64,000 nt of DNA from a virus (lineage: Duplodnaviria > Caudoviricetes): IMG/VR virus record IMGVR_UViG_3300027672_001612, positions 45,776-109,775 of that record, one strand, 5' to 3'. The notes beneath the pieces are model-generated. The model had not been told where the DNA came from and did not search any database. It was given only the letters and a program-made list of their open reading frames with translations. Made by a program: the position numbers and the translations under genes. Shown here piece after piece: positions 1-9,074 of the stretch (position 1 is the stretch's first letter; each line of letters begins with the position of its first letter).

Positions 1-1
1 G

Positions 2-1768
2 GTAACAGACGAATTTGAAGTACAAGACATAATATATAAGAGAGAAGCGCCTGAACAACTAGTTGATAGATTACTAGATTGTACAGTAGCGTTTTTCTCT
101 TGTTATATGTGGAATTGGGAATACAACAAATACATAGCCAAAGAACTAAAAAGACGTAACCCAGCGATTGCGATTGTATTCGGTGGACCACAAGTTACAA
201 CACGCCCTAAACAGGAAAAATTCTTCCTAAATCATCCATATGTAGACAGCATTAGCCTTACCGAAGGGGAAGAATCCTTTGTGGCTATACTTGATGCATT
301 AAGGAACGACAATGCTTTACAAGACGTCTACGAGGGTCTAAGGCTAGATGATTTAGAGGTACCTAGCCCTTACTTAACTGGCGTATTCGACAAGATTATG
401 GCAGAGTCAGACCCTAACGAACAATGGAACGGCACACTAGAAACTAATAGAGGCTGTCCGTTTGCATGTACTTTTTGCGATTGGGGTAGTTTAACGTATG
501 CTAAAATTAAGAAGTTTCCTATGCCTAAAGTGTTACAAGAGTTAACATGGATGGCAGAGAACAAGATAGACTATGTTACTATTGCTGACGCAAACTTTGG
601 TGTGTTCACAGACAGAGACTTAGAAGTAACTAACACACTTGTTGACTTACAAAACACATACGGTTATCCAAAAGTTGTAGATGCTACATGGTATAAGAAC
701 AGTAGCGATGAAATATTAGAGATTGTTAAGAAGTTTATTAGCAGTGGATTTAATAGAGGACTAACATTAAGTGTGCAAAGCATGGACATGGATGTTCTAG
801 AAGAGATTAAAAGACGTAACATGGAAATGTCAGACTTAACTATGATTTTTGACAAGTGTAATAGAGAAGGCATACCAAGTTATACAGAACTTATTTTAGG
901 CTTACCACTAGAAACATTTGAATCTTGGAAGTCAGGACTATGTGAAGTTATTAAAGCAGGACAACATAATGCTATTGAAAGTTGGTTAGCACAGATGTTA
1001 GAAAATGCACACATGAACTTACCAGAAGAAATTGAGAAGCATGGTATAACTACAGTTGTTGTGGAAAACTATGTTAGTGGATTCGAAGAAGAAGACAACA
1101 TACCTGAAAAAGTATCATTAGTTACCGGCACAAAATATATGCCTAAACCAAAGTTTATTGACAGTTGGTTATATGCATGGGTAGTTAACAACTTCCATAA
1201 TTATGGTTGGAGTCAAGCACTAGCAAGAGTTATATATAAATTGAATGGTACTGAGTATGAAGAAACATACGATAAAATGTATCAAGCATGTATAGACGAC
1301 ACTGGCTTAGTTGGTGACCTATTCCGTACAGCTAAAGAACAACTTACATATTACTTAGAGACAGGTAGAAGTGATGGCGAAGGAAGAGAAAGCTTCAGTG
1401 GGCACACATTAATGTGGGAAGCTCAAAAAGACTTTCACTTGAATAGCAACGCAGTTAAGTCGTTTGTAAAAGAACACATGACTCCAGAGTATTGTAACAT
1501 GGATCCTGTTATGTACCAATACCTATTAGAATTTCAATCCAACTATACAACTGAAGAAAGCACAGACTATCCATTCCAATCAGCACCCGGTTTTAATTTT
1601 TATGAATACATAAACAACATAGAGCCAGAGCTAGTAATGACACTAGAGCCTTACCAATTTAACATAGCAGAAGATGTTAAAGGTGATGAATATTACAATC
1701 GACTTTACTTTAGACGTAGACAAGGTTGGGGCAAAACAATCATTGGCAAAAAACTCACTATAAGTTAA
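2..1768 (+). CDS. Cobalamin-binding radical SAM protein (5' truncated by window edge)
   Basis: Frame is open from nt 2; B12-binding-like region (SCYMWN, FGGPQ, EGE) then ETNRGCPFACTFCDW with the CxxxCxxC motif. Confidence 0.85.
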   Translation, partial: VTDEFEVQDIIYKREAPEQLVDRLLDCTVAFFSCYMWNWEYNKYIAKELKRRNPAIAIVFGGPQVTTRPKQEKFFLNHPYVDSISLTEGEESFVAILDALRNDNALQDVYEGLRLDDLEVPSPYLTGVFDKIMAESDPNEQWNGTLETNRGCPFACTFCDWGSLTYAKIKKFPMPKVLQELTWMAENKIDYVTIADANFGVFTDRDLEVTNTLVDLQNTYGYPKVVDATWYKNSSDEILEIVKKFISSGFNRGLTLSVQSMDMDVLEEIKRRNMEMSDLTMIFDKCNREGIPSYTELILGLPLETFESWKSGLCEVIKAGQHNAIESWLAQMLENAHMNLPEEIEKHGITTVVVENYVSGFEEEDNIPEKVSLVTGTKYMPKPKFIDSWLYAWVVNNFHNYGWSQALARVIYKLNGTEYEETYDKMYQACIDDTGLVGDLFRTAKEQLTYYLETGRSDGEGRESFSGHTLMWEAQKDFHLNSNAVKSFVKEHMTPEYCNMDPVMYQYLLEFQSNYTTEESTDYPFQSAPGFNFYEYINNIEPELVMTLEPYQFNIAEDVKGDEYYNRLYFRRRQGWGKTIIGKKLTIS

Positions 1769-1785
1769 CACATCTTTTAATATTG

Positions 1786-1793
1786 TATAAATA
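1786..1793 (+). promoter_or_regulatory. T4-like late promoter TATAAATA
   Basis: Exact T4 late consensus; (T/G)ATAAATA recurs before many genes in the window. Confidence 0.65.
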
Positions 1794-1797
1794 CAAC

Positions 1798-1976
1798 GGA
1801 AGTTAAGCAATCCCCCTTCCACAAGAGGACGGTTGATATAGGTGTCGGTTGTTCCGGTGAGTATCCGGTGTAGTTTCGCAATATGACAGACAGCATTACG
1901 AGCCTATGAGTACTATAAAAGTTAAGGAACTTTAACCCCTCAGCATTGTCCGTAAGGAGATGTGAATTTGGGTGCT
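1798..1976 (+). ncRNA. Candidate structured ncRNA or long 5' leader
   Basis: Intergenic tract richer in GC than its flanks, with nested complementary stems (see findings). Confidence 0.5.
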
Positions 1977-2006
1977 AATTAAAATATTAGACTCAAGGAG
2001 AGTAAA

Positions 2007-2183
2007 ATGACAAGTATTATTTTAAATACGAAGTCATTCTTTCAAAATATTGCAAACAGTTGGACCGGATTCAAAGACAATTATTGTCCTGAAGGTCAAA
2101 CTTGCAATGACATTGCTACTATAGGTGGACTTATTTTCACTGTATGGTTTATGTACATTGCTATGGAACCAATACTGAGATAG
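2007..2183 (+). CDS. 58-aa small membrane protein (not in ORF track)
   Basis: AAGGAG RBS; MTSIILNTKSFFQ...CPEGQTC...IGGLIFTVWFMYIAMEPILR with a C-terminal hydrophobic helix; terminator follows. Confidence 0.7.
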   Translation: MTSIILNTKSFFQNIANSWTGFKDNYCPEGQTCNDIATIGGLIFTVWFMYIAMEPILR

Positions 2184-2246
2184 AATTAGACTGAATATAC
2201 TATAACTATAAAACATGAATATCTTTAGGATATTCTCCCAAGTTTT

Positions 2247-2275
2247 AGGGTTCGCGGTTGCGGACCCTTTTTTTT
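2247..2275 (+). terminator. Intrinsic terminator
   Basis: GGGTTCGC-GGTT-GCGGACCC hairpin followed by a T-run. Confidence 0.85.
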
Positions 2276-2287
2276 GGCTAAAATTTG

Positions 2288-2295
2288 TATAAATA
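2288..2295 (+). promoter_or_regulatory. Late promoter TATAAATA
   Basis: Consensus immediately after the terminator, upstream of the lipase. Confidence 0.65.
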
Positions 2296-2365
2296 CTTAC
2301 TCTATAAGGACTCGGAGTCTTTTTGGGAAAACAAACACAGTAGGATGTGTACACAGGAGTAAAGT

Positions 2366-3157
2366 ATGGGATGGTTAGCAAATTGTTCTGAGTCAGAACG
2401 TGCCAGCATTTTGGCAAAACTGGCAGGTAGAGCTTATCTAAATGAAGCGGAATTAAAAGCCACAGAAAAAACATTAAAGATGCAAAGGTCGAAAGCAAAA
2501 TTTATTAAAGACGGAGACGCAGAAGCGTGGGTATTTATTACTCGTGACGATGCTATTATTGTAAGTTGTAGAGGAACAGAGCCAACTAAGTTCAGCGATA
2601 TACTAGCAGACTTAAAAACAATACCAGTTAGGCACCCTAGGGCCGGAAGAGTGCATCAAGGATTCAAAGAGTATTCAGATTTAGTATTCGACGAAATTGT
2701 AACACATGTTAAGAAAATGCGTAAGAAAGACGAAAACGTATTTGTGGTAGGGCATAGTTTAGGTGGAGCGATGGCAGTACTAGTAGCAGAAGGATTATCT
2801 GATGCTGGCGTACCTGTTAAAGAGCTAAGAACATTTGGTCAGCCTAGAGTAGGAAATAGAGCATTCAGAAGACATTTAGAAGGTTGTGATATAGGACGTT
2901 ATATACGTTATGTTAATAATAACGATATAGTACCTAGTGTTCCACCTTCAGCATTTGGCTTTGTACACGGCGGTAACTTGCATTACATAAACAGTTGGGG
3001 TCTTATTAGAGACATGACTGTATGGCAAAGAATGAAAGATGGTTGGAGAGGATTTTGGGCGGCTTGTAAGCAGTTTAAATTCTTTGATTTTGTAGCAGAT
3101 CATGGCATGCCTAATTATGTAGAGAAGTCCGGTAACATTGCTAAGTTGGATAAATAG
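2366..3157 (+). CDS. Class 3 lipase (alpha/beta hydrolase)
   Basis: CRGT, VHQGF, GHSLGG nucleophile elbow, TFGQPRVGN, DIVP, C-terminal DH. Confidence 0.9.
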   Translation: MGWLANCSESERASILAKLAGRAYLNEAELKATEKTLKMQRSKAKFIKDGDAEAWVFITRDDAIIVSCRGTEPTKFSDILADLKTIPVRHPRAGRVHQGFKEYSDLVFDEIVTHVKKMRKKDENVFVVGHSLGGAMAVLVAEGLSDAGVPVKELRTFGQPRVGNRAFRRHLEGCDIGRYIRYVNNNDIVPSVPPSAFGFVHGGNLHYINSWGLIRDMTVWQRMKDGWRGFWAACKQFKFFDFVADHGMPNYVEKSGNIAKLDK

Positions 3158-3185
3158 TATAGTAATATATTACGGAGATATCAAG

Positions 3186-3350
3186 ATGGTAGAGTATATC
3201 AAAAATAGAATTAAAGAAAGAACTAGTTGGGATGGTGGTGTTATAATCGCTATGTCTCTAGCAATAATCTTGTTCGGTGGTCTTGTTAAAATAGCGGCGT
3301 GGGCCGGTTTAGCATATGGCATCTGGGCAATAGTACAAAAAGAGGATTAA
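3186..3350 (+). CDS. Small two-helix membrane protein
   Basis: GGAG RBS before ATG 3186; ERTSWDG then hydrophobic segments; GATAAATA at 3149. Confidence 0.7.
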   Translation: MVEYIKNRIKERTSWDGGVIIAMSLAIILFGGLVKIAAWAGLAYGIWAIVQKED

Positions 3351-3354
3351 TTAA

Positions 3355-3777
3355 ATGGCAAGTTTTGCACAAGAAAAAGAAATGAAGGCACACTTACTAT
3401 TAATAGCAGAAGCAGGAACTTATGCTGGTTACTTCAGTCAAGGAACAAACGCGGACGGAGACGTAAGCACATTTTACCTTACTACTGATAGTGATAAAGC
3501 GGCGGCTGACACATTGTTAGATGCCAAAGTTGCAGAGCTTACAGCTAATGATATAGGTGGAGAAACAGCAGGCGGCGAAGGTCCTAGTGAATTCGACGGT
3601 TTCACTCCTATTCATTATGACGATGATGTGGCTGGCAGTGATTATAGAACATGGTTTGTTAAAGATGCAGACGGTGAATACTATAAAACAGATAACGGAA
3701 ACAGCGACAACCTTGCTCAAATTTCCGATGCTGATGAGATCACAACACTAATTACAGACAGCGGCTATATAGCTTAA
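3355..3777 (+). CDS. Acidic hypothetical protein, possibly virion-associated
   Basis: Intact ORF with phage-like codon use. Confidence 0.6.
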   Translation: MASFAQEKEMKAHLLLIAEAGTYAGYFSQGTNADGDVSTFYLTTDSDKAAADTLLDAKVAELTANDIGGETAGGEGPSEFDGFTPIHYDDDVAGSDYRTWFVKDADGEYYKTDNGNSDNLAQISDADEITTLITDSGYIA

Positions 3778-3882
3778 ATTTTTTCGTAATGGGCAAAAGA
3801 CTCTGCAGGTCCTAGCCCTTTACACCCTTCACTACATACCAGTAATACTACACGATTAGCCTAGTCCTAGGTTAAATACATA

Positions 3883-3911
3883 TTGACAACAGACAATAAA
3901 GGTAGTACAAT
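3883..3911 (+). promoter_or_regulatory. Sigma70-type promoter; predicted +1 at or next to the sufE ATG
   Basis: TTGACA-17-TACAAT, ATG 7 nt after the -10. Confidence 0.7.
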
Positions 3912-3917
3912 AACACC

Positions 3918-4304
3918 ATGCACAAAGAAGAAGACTTACAGTTTCTAAACGAGTTAGAACCTAGCGAACTTTACGATTATATCGTAGAGCGTGGGGACAA
4001 CATAGTTGAGTCCAAAGAGGACCTTACAGCACTATGCACAAACGAACATAGAGTGTATGGCTGTCAAAGCCTTGTGTGGGTTGCAAGAAACGATAACGAC
4101 TGGCAATGGGAAAGTAATGCATATTTTGTGCAAGGCTTAATTAACATTGTTATGACTCATGTAGTTAACATGACAGATGAAGAGATTGCTGAACTAGAGT
4201 TAAGCAAATTTGAATTTATTTGTGGTGAGAAAGTAACATGGGGAAGGGTAAGAGGCATTGAAAGTTTCTTGCAAAAATTAAAAACAATAGTAACGGAGAA
4301 ATAA
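3918..4304 (+). CDS. sufE: SufE-family sulfur acceptor
   Basis: RVYGCQSLVW with acceptor Cys; SNAYFVQGL; RVRG. Confidence 0.8.
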   Translation: MHKEEDLQFLNELEPSELYDYIVERGDNIVESKEDLTALCTNEHRVYGCQSLVWVARNDNDWQWESNAYFVQGLINIVMTHVVNMTDEEIAELELSKFEFICGEKVTWGRVRGIESFLQKLKTIVTEK

Positions 4305-4892
4305 ATGAATTTTGTACCATATGTAATAGAGAAGACATCACAAGGCGAACGTAGTTACGACATCTACAGTAGATTGCTCAAAGAAAGAATAGTATTTTTA
4401 AATGGTGAGGTGAACGATGCAGTATCAAATAGTATTTGTGCTCAGTTCCTATTCCTAGAAGCAGACGATCCTGACGCTGATATTAATTTTTACATTAACT
4501 CTCCTGGTGGAGCAGTAACTAGTGGCATGGCTATATACGATACTATGCAATACATTAAACCCGCTGTAAGCACTATTGTAATGGGACAAGCGGCTAGTAT
4601 GGGTTCATTCCTTGCTAATGCTGGCGCTCCTGGTAAACGTTTTATGTTACCTAATGCTAGGCACATGATACATCAGCCATTAGGCGGTGCAAGTGGACAA
4701 GCAAGTGACATTGAAATCCGTGCTAAAGAGATTGTTCGTATTAAGAAAGAACTTACTGATATATACGTTAAGCATAACAACAAGGGCAAAACTTACGAAA
4801 TATTTGAGAAAGCTATGGATAGAGACAACTTTTTGTCCAGTTCAGAAGCACTCGAAATGGGCCTTGTTGACGAAATTATTGAACAAAGATAG
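4305..4892 (+). CDS. clpP: Clp protease proteolytic subunit
   Basis: [25 protein letters not shown] (Ser), MIHQP (His), DRD (Asp). Confidence 0.97.
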   Translation: MNFVPYVIEKTSQGERSYDIYSRLLKERIVFLNGEVNDAVSNSICAQFLFLEADDPDADINFYINSPGGAVTSGMAIYDTMQYIKPAVSTIVMGQAASMGSFLANAGAPGKRFMLPNARHMIHQPLGGASGQASDIEIRAKEIVRIKKELTDIYVKHNNKGKTYEIFEKAMDRDNFLSSSEALEMGLVDEIIEQR

Positions 4893-4904
4893 ATAAGTAA
4901 TAGT

Positions 4905-5267
4905 ATGGAATTATTAAAAACATTCAATCCAGACAACGTTATTACATTTACAGAATCTGCAACAGAACATCTAGTATCACAGGTAAAAGCCAGTGAAGGC
5001 GCAATTGGTGTAAGTCTTGGGCTAATGCCTAATGGCTGTGCAGGGTTTGAATACAAATGGGATATAGTTACTGAAGTAGAAGACGGTTATAAAGAACACA
5101 TGATAGGTCCTTACTTGTTTCTGTTAGATGAGAAAAGTGAAGACTTCCTTGCAGGCAGTGAAGTAGACTTAGTTAATGAAGGATTAAAAGGGAAGACACT
5201 AGTAGTTAAGTCTCCAAAAGCATCCGGAGAGTGTGGGTGCGGGGAGTCGGTAACATTTGATGTCTGA
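4905..5267 (+). CDS. iscA: A-type Fe-S carrier (IscA/SufA/ErpA family)
   Basis: GCAGFEY and CGCGES motifs. Confidence 0.9.
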   Translation: MELLKTFNPDNVITFTESATEHLVSQVKASEGAIGVSLGLMPNGCAGFEYKWDIVTEVEDGYKEHMIGPYLFLLDEKSEDFLAGSEVDLVNEGLKGKTLVVKSPKASGECGCGESVTFDV

Positions 5268-6138
5268 ACTTAATTTTATTGAATACAATGTCAACAAAGA
5301 AGAGTTTAGCCCATCAGATATAGTTATAGCACTTCGTGGATTAGGCTTTCAACAAATTAGCGAAGCAAACAATGCCTTAGCAACAATGTGGGCTTGTAAT
5401 AGTTGTATCATATTATTAAGTTTAAAAGACGATTTGCCTACAGGGTTAAGTGGATTTGGATTGAACATGCCAAATGCTCCAGACGGTAGTAAGCATTGTG
5501 AAACAACCGGCTTAAACTTATGGAAAGATCCTAACGGCTTAAACGTTTACTCATACCCAGTAGAAGATTTTAGAACAGTATTTGACCAAAAGTTTACTAT
5601 GCGTGGTACTGCTGGAACAGACGATGCTTTGCAATACTTTGCAGGATTTGTTTACAAGTGCAATCAAATAGAAACTAGAAACATTTACATAGATCAATTA
5701 AAACTAAAACCAGTTAAATCTACAGAGAACTATATTACTACAGTTTGCAGTAAGAATAGATTTAATGTGGTATGGGATTTAAACAGTCATGATAACGTAG
5801 TAAGTCAACTTACTATTGTTACTGAAGACATTGCTGATGTAACTGCTAAAATGATTGGCAGAGGCTTTGATAGTAACGGAATTACAACAGAGCGTAAAGA
5901 AGAAATACGAAGCAAATACCAAACACAAGAGCAGGCAGGATTCCCACCAACACATTTTGTTGAAGCATGGGACTTAAATTTAGGCGGCAAAGAAAAGAGT
6001 TTTGTACTCGAGAAAATGTTTGAAAATGCATTGCCTAACTTAAATATAGTAATGCAACAAAGAAACAACCATAACGGGTTTAGTGAAGAAACTTTACTAT
6101 ACTATTCAGAACAGGCATTACCAGAGCTAACAGCATGA
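5260..6138 (+). CDS. HppD-fold (VOC) protein lacking the Fe ligands
   Basis: FIEY..LGF N-terminus, QLTIVTEDI, QQRNNHNGFSEE C-terminus are colinear with HppD. Confidence 0.65.
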   Translation: MSELNFIEYNVNKEEFSPSDIVIALRGLGFQQISEANNALATMWACNSCIILLSLKDDLPTGLSGFGLNMPNAPDGSKHCETTGLNLWKDPNGLNVYSYPVEDFRTVFDQKFTMRGTAGTDDALQYFAGFVYKCNQIETRNIYIDQLKLKPVKSTENYITTVCSKNRFNVVWDLNSHDNVVSQLTIVTEDIADVTAKMIGRGFDSNGITTERKEEIRSKYQTQEQAGFPPTHFVEAWDLNLGGKEKSFVLEKMFENALPNLNIVMQQRNNHNGFSEETLLYYSEQALPELTA

Positions 6139-6470
6139 ACAGTATAATCGAAAAAGCGTTAAATACCAGCCGGTGTGTAGCAGAGTTTGGCAAAGAGTTT
6201 GGCGAAACTAAAGTAGGTGAACGTAGTGAATTGTTTTTAAAGTTATGGGACAAGTGGGGCAACAATGCAGTTATTTTCCCTAAAAACATATTACAACCAG
6301 TTACTATGCCGTACAATAGAGCATCCTGGCATATGATAAAATCTGAGATGGGTGTTAAAGCATTTGCAGAAAAACATAACATAGCAGAATTTTACGAATA
6401 TCAAGTTCGAGGCAGTGAAGTTAGATTTAAATGTGAAGACACAGCATTGTTATACAGGTTACAATTATGA
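6135..6470 (+). CDS. Hypothetical protein
   Basis: ATGA overlap with upstream gene. Confidence 0.6.
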   Translation: MNSIIEKALNTSRCVAEFGKEFGETKVGERSELFLKLWDKWGNNAVIFPKNILQPVTMPYNRASWHMIKSEMGVKAFAEKHNIAEFYEYQVRGSEVRFKCEDTALLYRLQL

Positions 6471-6805
6471 ATCCATTAATAGATTACACAACAAAGACTA
6501 CAGACGAGTTATCAGAACTTAATAAAAAGTACACTAAACAATTATATAGTCTTAGTGGAGACCACCCTTTATACAATCATGTTTTAAGTCTTAGAGAAGA
6601 TGTACAATTTGAATACGGCGAACGTATGCAAATGGCTATGCATAAAGAAACACTAAAGAAAGAACCAGCACAAGTTATAAATATAGGCGAGATAGAATCA
6701 ACCACCTATGGTTATCAACCAGATGATGACTCATTGTTTATCAAAGCAGTCGCCGACACCTACACAAAGAGAAAACCTAATGAAGACGATACATCTAAAA
6801 TCTGA
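6467..6805 (+). CDS. Hypothetical protein
   Basis: ATGA overlap with upstream gene. Confidence 0.6.
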   Translation: MNPLIDYTTKTTDELSELNKKYTKQLYSLSGDHPLYNHVLSLREDVQFEYGERMQMAMHKETLKKEPAQVINIGEIESTTYGYQPDDDSLFIKAVADTYTKRKPNEDDTSKI

Positions 6806-7529
6806 TAAAGATATAAACTTAATAGCGATAACAGAACAACCAGGCACAGACGAGATAGATGCCTTAGATCATTTTAAGTTTACAATAACATACACTATGT
6901 TTGTTTCACAGCACAACGAAGCTAGTATCGAAGAATTAAGTGTTGCACAAAATATCAGCTATCAAAAAATTAATTACTTCTTAGGAAACTATGTAGACAA
7001 CAGCATATGGTATGATAAAATAGGGCAGGATATGATTGATAATCATTTTTCAACTACTAAGAATTTACTATTAGTAACACCTACTATAAATGTTACTTAC
7101 TTAGGCAATTGCTTGTTTAGAAAGTTAAATGCACTATGTAAGGAAAATGTATATGTTGATGGCATAAGTGTTAAGGATTGGGGTACTAACCTAACATACT
7201 CTTACAGAACAGATGAGCCAGAAGAAGGCATACACATACTACCAACCAACGACGAATGGATGGGAGAATTTAGTATTTACGATACTCCATGGTGGGATCG
7301 TGACAGCATTAGTGCATACGATTATGCATGTAGAAGTTCTGAAGACCTAGCAGAAGTTAAAGAAGTACTAAAAGAAGAGGGGCAGATTATGGGTAACGAT
7401 TTTCAATTAATTGAAGACGAAGTTATCAAGCAAATGCGAACAAATGACCCCGCAATGTTTAGTGAGAAGAAAGGCGAAATAATTGAAGTTGACTTTAAAT
7501 CGAGATCCGCACCTAAAAAGGTTGACTAA
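6780..7529 (+). CDS. Hypothetical protein
   Basis: Long ORF; probable start MKTIHLK. Confidence 0.65.
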   Translation: MKTIHLKSDKDINLIAITEQPGTDEIDALDHFKFTITYTMFVSQHNEASIEELSVAQNISYQKINYFLGNYVDNSIWYDKIGQDMIDNHFSTTKNLLLVTPTINVTYLGNCLFRKLNALCKENVYVDGISVKDWGTNLTYSYRTDEPEEGIHILPTNDEWMGEFSIYDTPWWDRDSISAYDYACRSSEDLAEVKEVLKEEGQIMGNDFQLIEDEVIKQMRTNDPAMFSEKKGEIIEVDFKSRSAPKKVD

Positions 7530-7550
7530 TCCACACAACTACTATATACT
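7522..7550 (+). promoter_or_regulatory. Sigma70-type promoter (leaderless transcript)
   Basis: TTGACT-17-TATACT, ATG 7 nt downstream. Confidence 0.6.
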
Positions 7551-7556
7551 ACTTAA

Positions 7557-8066
7557 ATGTTAGACAAACATCAAAGATATCTAAGCGATGAGACTACCGG
7601 CATGGAAATGCTGTATCACAATGCTGATATTAACAAAGTAGAGTTCCTGCATACCGATGATATTACTAAGTTTAACAAGTTTGCTGAAGAACTTGGCATA
7701 AAGAAACTGGAAATTTTAGGTGATGACGACTTCGACAGGATAAATACATACATAATTCCACAACACTATAAAGAGTTAGATGTTGAGAGTTATGTAAGAC
7801 AGCTAATTCCAAACGGAGTGGACCGCACTGATAACGCGGAGACCAGTCAAAGAGTTGAAATGGAACTAGCACTATATAAAGAAAGAGGATTACTTCCTAT
7901 ACTACAAGTGTTAATATATATTGTTGACACATTGCGTAAATTTAATTTAGTATGGGGTGTTGGAAGAGGCAGTAGTGTAGCAAGTTATATACTCTACTTA
8001 ATTGGGATTCATAAAGTTGATTCTCTGAAATATAATTTAGATATAAAGGAATTCCTTAAGAGGTAA
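7557..8066 (+). CDS. Stand-alone DNA polymerase III alpha (DnaE)-like fragment
   Basis: RVEMEL...IVD...VWGVGRGSSVASYILYLIGIHKVDSLKYNLDIKEFL matches the DnaE GRGS region; ends before PDID. Confidence 0.8.
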   Translation: MLDKHQRYLSDETTGMEMLYHNADINKVEFLHTDDITKFNKFAEELGIKKLEILGDDDFDRINTYIIPQHYKELDVESYVRQLIPNGVDRTDNAETSQRVEMELALYKERGLLPILQVLIYIVDTLRKFNLVWGVGRGSSVASYILYLIGIHKVDSLKYNLDIKEFLKR

Positions 8067-8068
8067 TA

Positions 8069-8497
8069 ATGGTACAACGAAAAACAAACAATGGACAAAT
8101 AATTGACTTCGATTCTATGATCGGACAGGGTGATGAGATTGCTATTGGCAATATGAACGTAAATGCTAGAGGCGATGTGCTAGGCAAAGATGGCGAAGTA
8201 GTCACTAAAGCTGAAGACAGAGTAAGAGCATATTACGAAGATAATCCAATGAGCAGTACGGCATCAGTAAGTCCTAAGGGTGCTATGCCAGATGTAGAAC
8301 CTCAAGCAAAGTCAGAAATGGACCCTACACCAAAAACTGCTAAAGCACAGAAAACTGAAGCAGACCAAAGTGTTATGGGACAAACAGCAGAGCCTGTAGA
8401 ACAAGAAAGAGTTATTGCTAGTTACAAAGAAGTAGAACAAGAAAATGGCGATATCGAAATGGTTCCAGTTTACGAAGACGATTGGGAAGACGAATAA
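8069..8497 (+). CDS. Hypothetical phage protein
   Basis: GAGG RBS; AIGNMNVNARGD motif. Confidence 0.65.
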   Translation: MVQRKTNNGQIIDFDSMIGQGDEIAIGNMNVNARGDVLGKDGEVVTKAEDRVRAYYEDNPMSSTASVSPKGAMPDVEPQAKSEMDPTPKTAKAQKTEADQSVMGQTAEPVEQERVIASYKEVEQENGDIEMVPVYEDDWEDE

Positions 8498-8500
8498 ATA

Positions 8501-8902
8501 ATGCCTAAAATTACAGCATACAAAGATAACATTCTATGCATTGACGGAGACTTTGGTAATAAAACTACAGAGTCAGGGATCATTGTAAAATCAACTATTG
8601 GATCAGACGAAGGGATTGCACCTCGTTGGTTTCAAGCATTTGACATAGGTCCAGAGATTGATTGGATTAAACCAGGTCAATGGTTATATGTTTCTTATGG
8701 TAGATGGACAGAAGGATTTAGTGTGCCAGACGATAGATTAGAAGAAGGCGCAAAAATTTGGAAAGTTGATCCTGAAGCATGTATGATGATATCAGATACA
8801 AATCCAACATCCGGTGTTCTAAACATTGGTAAAGTAGAAACATTCAAGCCAGACCAAATGAGTACTGGCTATGTAGATGCAGAGTCAGGACAATTACAAT
8901 AA
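8501..8902 (+). CDS. Divergent GroES-like co-chaperonin
   Basis: DNIL, TESGII mobile loop, IGP, IKPGQW. Confidence 0.6.
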   Translation: MPKITAYKDNILCIDGDFGNKTTESGIIVKSTIGSDEGIAPRWFQAFDIGPEIDWIKPGQWLYVSYGRWTEGFSVPDDRLEEGAKIWKVDPEACMMISDTNPTSGVLNIGKVETFKPDQMSTGYVDAESGQLQ

Positions 8903-8903
8903 A

Positions 8904-9074
8904 ATGAAATTCACAGAACACAAAGAACGCACAGGATTATCCACAGCCGGACTTGCTGGTGTAACAATATTAGCAGGTGTTATTTTTGGTGGCTTAAATC
9001 CGTGGTGGCTAATTGCTAGTATATTACTATTGTTAATGGGTACGGGTTTAGAATCCGGACAGCGTAAAGATTAA
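8904..9074 (+). CDS. Small membrane protein
   Basis: Two hydrophobic helices. Confidence 0.55.
   Translation: MKFTEHKERTGLSTAGLAGVTILAGVIFGGLNPWWLIASILLLLMGTGLESGQRKD

Noticed and set aside
2034-2498. 154-aa minus-strand ORF in the ORF track
   Set aside because: Overlaps the lipase start, a plus-strand terminator and a better-supported plus-strand small gene
3778-3875. Possible structured element after orf 3355 (GGGC..GCCC, CCTAG/CTAGG)
   Set aside because: Stems are short and lack a U-tract; cannot be told from chance
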